Source: Eledone cirrhosa
Lineage: Eukaryota
Reading direction: 5' to 3'
Length of the DNA: 64,000 nucleotides
Assembly (NCBI GenBank): GCA_964016885.1
Contig: OZ024743.1
Span: forward strand, 296,174,001-296,238,000
Every line of letters begins with the position of its first letter. The first letter of the stretch is position 1. The notes below the pieces were generated by a model that saw only the letters and a program-made list of their open reading frames with translations, was not told where the DNA came from and did not search any database. Of this stretch, positions 57,100 through 64,000 are shown piece by piece. A program made the translations under genes and the position numbers.

Positions 57100-58653
57100 G
57101 TTTAGCTGAATATACTCTTCTATAAGTCTTAATTTAGAAATAAAAGAAAGGTCTTATTGTTTAGAATAGCTACAATTTCATATCCATATTAACTATTCTT
57201 TTAACAACGCCTAATCCCTAATTCTATGTTAATCTGTATTTGTTGCCTACTGTATTAGCAACATCGACTGGTCGTTAAACACAATTTAATTAATAGCAAT
57301 ACCTGTCAGGTGTAACTTCAGAAACACGCTCTCAACGTGTTTCAGTATGTAAACATAACCGTTCAGGATCTCAGCAATCCTTATTAATATTTGTATTAAC
57401 AAAATCTTTATATTCTTCTATGAATGCGACCAAATTTCAATATAACATATTTGCCATAGCAAGTTCTTGTCGCAACGATACATGTATGTGTGTGTATGTG
57501 TGAATGCGTGTGTGTTTGTGTGCGTCTGAGTGTGGGTGTGTGTGTGTGTGTATGTGTGTGTATGTATATACATGTGTGTGTGTATGTATGTTAACAATAA
57601 GACCTTATCGTTCGTGTTAGCAAAGACTCGTCGTTAGATTATGACTTGGCAATAGGCGCCTATCGAACTTTAGGTTAGCAACTACTAACCTCAGTAATTG
57701 TCCGTAACATTTATGTCTGTTATGTCTCTACATGTTATTACCATCATGACTTCAAAGACATCTTATATAGGCAAAAAAGGTTACGTTTTCATCAACTTTC
57801 ATATCATCACTAACCTCCTACAAACTTGTTACGTTAATGACAACATAGTTGACAATATCTATATTAACATAGAGAAAAGCAAGTTATAATCACACCAAGT
57901 TTCGTGCCATCAACAAGACTCCAGGAAACACAAATCAGCTTCCATCGAAACTTTAGTACGTTAGCATTAATAGCCAGACTTTTGCTTATATATTTATGTA
58001 TTTATATATTTATTGTTTTACTGTTAGCAACAAGGCGCCAGTATCTTGTCTATTAGCTGTAACCAATCCAAGTTGCGAACCCCATTTTGTAAAATTACTC
58101 GTCAGTGAATACAATATATATTAAATAATGGTTTTTAATGCAATTTGCAGTAGATACTTGAAAGTTTCGCTAGAAACTACCAACCAATATTGTTGTTTTC
58201 TTCATTATGTGCAAAATCGCCCGCCTGCAAAGATTTCCATTAATGTGTTTTTCAGCAAGTGTTAGTGTACTTTTGTTTGTTTTCCTTCTTATAATTCTAT
58301 ATGTTTTGTTTAGGTTTATTAGTTTGTTTGTTTTGTTTCGTTTCTAATTGCCAACTTTAAGAAGAAAAACAAATTAAACAAAAAGGAAAACTGGCCAAGA
58401 GATTATTACATCTACCTACTCATTTCTTGCAGGGAGTCTTTTTTCTTATCTTTATTTATCGCTTTTTTTTTATTTTGTTTAGCTAAGCTCACTGTATCCT
58501 AACTGCTACTGTATCTTCTTATCTTCTTTCTCTTTCTTTCTCTCCCTCTCTTTCTCTTTTTCCCTCTTTCTCTCTCTTTCTTTCTCTCTTTATATATATA
58601 TATATATATATCGTGAGAGTGAGAGAGAGACTTATACACACATAGACACACAC

Positions 58654-58737
<84 letters not shown>

Positions 58738-58748
58738 GTATATATATG

Positions 58749-58833
<85 letters not shown>

Positions 58834-58867
58834 TTATGTATGTATATATATATACATATATATACAT

Positions 58868-58944
<77 letters not shown>

Positions 58945-58955
58945 TATATATGTAT

Positions 58956-59073
<118 letters not shown>

Positions 59074-59749
59074 ATATATATATATACATATATATATATA
59101 TGTCTCTGTTAGATTTCCACTTAGATTTACTTAAGTGCCAGACAATCTCGCAAATAAGAAACGAATTATGAAGATTCAAGCCATTACATGTTTATTCACC
59201 GAAAATTGGTCGTTTCGTCGTTGGAATCACTTTGAATCAGTTTTAAGTGGTACCGGCTAGGTTTTTCACATCTACTACTATTACTATCACTACTACTACT
59301 ACTACTACTACTACTATTGCTGCTGCTGCTGCTGCTGCTGCTGTTACTACTACTACTACTACTACTACTACTGGTTATAATAATAATAATGATAATGACA
59401 ATAACTACTAGTAATAATAATACTATAACAACTCCTAGTAATATTTCTATTATTATTGTTATAATATTTCCATTGTTTCCATCTCCAACATGGTCGATGC
59501 ACTTGCTTTCTCATTTGCCTTCTCACTCTGTGAATATCCATTAGTTACCTGAAATGCAATATAAAGAACAAGAGAAGGGGGAGAAAAAAAGCCGAACATA
59601 AAATACACTTTGCCAAGCTCCCAAACGCATGAGTGTCATTGATGTTGTGGGTATGTTGTGTTTGCTATCTTTCGATGCTCTTGATATTATTGGTCTTCTT
59701 CTGAGTAGTAGTAGTTGTAGTAGGAGTAGTAGTAGTGGTGGTGGTGGTG

Positions 59750-59810
<61 letters not shown>

Positions 59811-59859
59811 AAACAGCACTCTATTGTTGTTGTTATATTTCATTATATGTATATACCTA

Positions 59860-60029
59860 AGTATCGGTAGAGGGTCGGACGCCATGCTTTCCAGCATAGT
59901 TATGTCCCTTTACGATCTGAGTTCAAATCCCGCTGCGGTTGACTTTGCCTTTCATCCTTACGGGGTCGATAAAATAAAGTACCAGTAATGCACTGGGTAA
60001 TTGCTGGCCTTGTGCCTAAAGTAGAAACA
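59860..60029 (+). mobile_element. tRNA-derived SINE (slightly 5'-truncated) with 18-bp TSD
   Basis: Family of 324-506; ATTATATGTATATACCTA at 59842-59859 and 60030-60047. Confidence 0.9.
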
Positions 60030-61599
60030 ATTATATGTATATACCTACTAGGTGAACGTAGATTTTATTGGCCGAAGAAATTCATGATTTTGGCAGAATA
60101 TTTATTAATCGTCTACAATGCCTTATGCGTTAAACCTACTAAAGTACAAAACATAAAGAATTCTGCAGTAGTCGTCATAAAACGAAATAATATGAATTCA
60201 TTTAAATCCATCGTCATAAGAACAACTAACTTTGGATTTCTTGTTAAAAAAGAAGATGAAAACAAATAATAATGATGATGATGGTGATGATGATGATGAG
60301 GATGATGAGGATGATGATGATGATTTTAGTGTTTTTGTTCGCTATCAGATTCAGGAAAAAAACATGAGGTTGTCAAAAGACAAATAGAAAGTGAGTGACA
60401 GCAGGATAAGTAAAATGAAAGTGATTGAAAGGATGCGGTGTTTATCTGACAAACCATATATCTAATTTATATAATTTGTAAATTTTGAACAAACAGATGC
60501 GCGACTACAAAACATATCAAGTAAAGACCAATGGTATACTAAATATAAATAGTTACAAGGCAGGAACAAAATAAAGAAGCACAGTTTTCTGTCTTCAAGT
60601 GACACCATGATTAAAAGTTTGAGGTTGAAATCTCAACCAGTGTTCAGAGATAAATAACAACTAAAATTGCCGAAAAATAAAATAAAACTAAATTAAGAAT
60701 AACATACTATAGTAGAAAAAACATCTAGAATGAAATGGATGTCCAGCAGTGTCCACAATGACTATTGTAGTTGAAAGATCACCAGCATGCTAGTGAAATT
60801 AACGAGCAAGTGGTTCAACATTCCACAGCACAAGAGTTCTTAACGTAATTCTGGGGGAGAATTTGTGTGACAAGGTTGGTGACAAGGATGGTCCCTTGAA
60901 TTACAAGTCCAGTTCATACGGCGGGTTTCTTAAGCATTTCCGTCCATCCAATTCCATTCAAAAGACTTGGGTCGACTCGAAACTAAGGCAAATAACACTT
61001 TCCTACGATGATTACGCCGCGGGATCGAATCCGGCACCCTTGATTGCGAAGCGAACTTTTTAACTTTTGGGCGAATATTTGAAAGAAAAGTATACGTAGG
61101 CAAATGGAATACCAACATTGACCAAAGAAACGCAGGTCTTAAATGATTCTCAGTCCATTCTTCCACGGCCAGTCCTGAAACCGCACAGACTTTCGAAATG
61201 TTCAATAAGTCAGCATTTCTTTTATCTAAAATCATTCTTAAGAGGATTTTTCCAGCGTTTGAAAGTGATGAGATGACACGACGATTATCACATTCACATT
61301 TGTTGCCTTTATATTTATATAAATGGACTATTGTAACATCATTAAATTGTTCTGGGATTACTCCTTCCTGAGTTCCATAGATTTATTGATAGCTTGGGGT
61401 GTTGTATGGGAAAATATTTCGGCCATATTTAAACTTTTCTCTAAGAATTCCGCTCTCTGCAGGGCGCTTTCCATTAGATATTAGTTTGATAGATATTTTA
61501 ACAAGAGGTAGGGATTGTGCTAGTGTATAACTTAAGAATATAATCAATTATATTCGTGTCTCCATTTGATTTTTTGCTGGAAACATTTTTTTAAATGTC

Positions 61600-62260
61600 A
61601 GTTCGTTCTCGAGCGCTGCTGGTAACATATAACTTTGTTCAACCAGCTGCATAGTAGGGTCTTTATTGAACCGACAACATCGCCAAGCCAGATTTGTGAG
61701 GTGAGTGATTTTGGGAGGTTATCCGCAATAAAACAGAAAACTCGTCAAAGGGTGCAGGAACTCATAAAAGTCATTTGTCATCCAACAAGCAAATTTAGGA
61801 AACGATCTACTTAACTGTCTAACACTGTTTCCTTTTCTCAGCATACTTTGCAGGACTATGGTAAATCAAGCCAGACAAGCCTGATTTGGTTTGTGACCTG
61901 GTTAGCATCTGATATGTGGCGCACCGTGCACCAGTACACGTAATGTTCTATGTATGAAGAGTGAGTATTGTGAAGCACAAAAAATCCCAGAGTAATCAAG
62001 TTCATAGTGTTTTCGTTCAGTAGTGGTAAGACAAAAATAAGCAGCTTCTATGGCGATGAAGATCTCTAGCTGGGGTTTTGCACATATGGTGGTAAGAAGT
62101 AGTTAGCCGTTCTGCGAAACACCCGCGTGAAATTTCGTAGTTCGTGTCCTCTTCTTAACTTCAAAGTAGCCATATTAGGATGGCATTTATTGCTCTTGAA
62201 TAGACAGACTCTAAAGAAAGTGCCCTAAAATTGTTTGCTCACTTAATCCTGTCATCTTAC
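61600..62260 (-). pseudogene. Highly decayed CR1/L2-like RT C-terminal remnant
   Basis: LESVYSRAINAI resembles CR1 'LESVQRRATK.I'; GCTGCTGGTAACATATAA block shared with ~55705. Confidence 0.3.
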
Positions 62261-62769
62261 TACGTATTACTAGATATCCAACGATGCAGTCGGCAAAACG
62301 AAAGAAACCGAAGAAAATAAAAGAAAAAGAAAAATTAAATAAATATTTTTTGTAGCCGCTTGGAATGAGCATACACTCTAAAATCATAAGAACCACCACG
62401 AACAAACGATATCTCTTTTTGTTCGTGTTTTAAAATAAAAGCAAATTGATATTGCTGCTCTCCCAGAGACAAGATTTCCAGTATATGGATAGGTGAAGGA
62501 ATTAGCTAGTGGATATACCTTTTTACTAGATTTTTAAATTTGAGACAGAGAAAAGGAAATCAGGTGTAAGCGTTGCAATCAAAAGTGAAATAGTAAGCAA
62601 ATTCTCTTCTGACTGGAGTAAATGAATGTCTTATGTCACTTCGAATAGATACGCAACACTTATGAATGCATATGCTCCAACTTTGAGTTCTGTAGACACC
62701 CCCAAGGATAAGTCCTATTCTACTCTTATATAAAATGATGAAAACTTTTTTCTAAAGTGTAGTTGGAGT

Positions 62770-63206
62770 AACGATACTCAATAAAGTGCGTATCTCGGCG
62801 ACAGAGAGTCGCTCTAAATAGAGTTGCTACTTCTTCGATTTGTGAGATCGCAGCTCCGATATTACGGGCATGTAGTTAGAATGTTTCAGGAAATAATATC
62901 TGGACAGATTTTACAGGAAAACTCAACCGACAGAAGACCCGGGAATATACCCTGAACAAGAGCGCTAGAAAACATCCATGAGCTCGGCTGATCCCGCTTG
63001 CGGATCTCGCCGGATCAATCGGTGACTGTTGCTTCTGACAGGACACGCATGCTGTAAGGCATGCTTCAGAGCTCTTCCCCTACAACCCTCCAAAGAAGAA
63101 GAAGAAGAAGAAGAAGAAGAAGAAGAAGAAGAAGAAGAAGAAGAAGAAGAAGAAGAAGAAGAAGAAGAAGAAGAAGAAGAAGAAGAAGAAGAAGAAGAAG
63201 AAGAAG
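62770..63206 (+). mobile_element. RTE-like LINE 3' end with (GAA)n tail
   Basis: RSQLRYYGHVVRM...RRPG motif followed by a long GAA run (63093-63205). Confidence 0.7.
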
Positions 63207-64000
63207 GGGCAACTTAATGCCTGTGTATGCTATTAGTCTTGACAGACATGAAACTGGTGAAATAAATTCTTATGGGCTCTTGCTCCATTTCCTGTGTAGT
63301 TTGCTTAACGAACTCTCCCTTTCAACAATCAAATATAAACCACTTGGTGGCATTTTCGATTTTTTTTCTTTGTGCTCTTTGACTGTGCCTGGTCGGGTGA
63401 CTTTCATTTCCCTGTCTGTGTGTATTAATATATTTATATTTGTGTATATTTTTAAACCCTGGGGTTTTTCTTACCTTAATGGTAATTTAATCGTTCACAA
63501 AGCAACTATCATTGTAGAGATCACTTTGCTTTTTATCCCTATGTTCTGGATATCTATTTCTAAGTACTGACAGAAACAATATGTGCATATTTATAAAATT
63601 CACTACAATAACCACTATATCGTGTAACTCAACTGTGTTGCCCCAGAGGATAGCAAAGGAAATGTGCTTAACTAGCCATTTTAAGTAAACGGGATCGTTC
63701 ATGCAGATGGTCATCTCTACCGCAATCACAGTAAAGATGTTATTTGGAGACTAATATATAACTGGATAATGGACGCTGTCAGTGCCGAACGATTAAGGCA
63801 ATCTCTTCGCAATTATGACTTCACAGATTGGGTCTCACAGTTGGGCGCTATGAACAAGTGCCTTTCCCAATAGGCTCGAGCTGACCCAAGCATAGTGAGT
63901 GAAAATGTGAAATATGTGTCGCAAATATGAAACATATTGAAAGCTCTACTGTAGGGTGTGGTTTGAAAGAGGCTTGGCTGTCAACTCTAACTATTTGAGT

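Noticed and set aside
59270-59990. Poly-Leu/poly-Ser ORFs resembling signal peptides
   Set aside because: (CTA)/(CTG)/(TAG) trinucleotide repeats running into a SINE.
63029-63570. Poly-Glu / poly-Arg ORFs
   Set aside because: (GAA)n tail of an RTE-like remnant.

Overview
AT-rich, microsatellite-saturated eukaryotic DNA; the SINE families look like those of octopus/cephalopod genomes (inference). I see no convincing host protein-coding exon, and most ORFs in the track are translations of (TA)n/(CA)n/(CATA)n/(GA)n repeats. The real coding content is retroelement-derived: several Penelope-like element (PLE) families (RT + GIY-YIG) sitting in (TA)n tracts, R4/Dong-like restriction-like-endonuclease LINE ends in (CATA)n, Tx1-like LINE ends in (GATA)n, RTE remnants, tRNA-derived SINEs, and hAT and mariner MITEs. 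Most notable: (i) about 17 hammerhead-ribozyme (HHR) motifs read by eye at PLE 3' ends, three families carrying a compensatory U3-A8 core instead of C3-G8; (ii) a Neptune-like PLE whose upstream ORF joins the RT-EN ORF through a U UUU UUA heptamer plus hairpin, a candidate -1 programmed frameshift; (iii) recurrent fold-back 5' ends; (iv) apparent partitioning of microsatellite types among retroelement clades. Clade names and RNA folds are by-eye calls, not search results.
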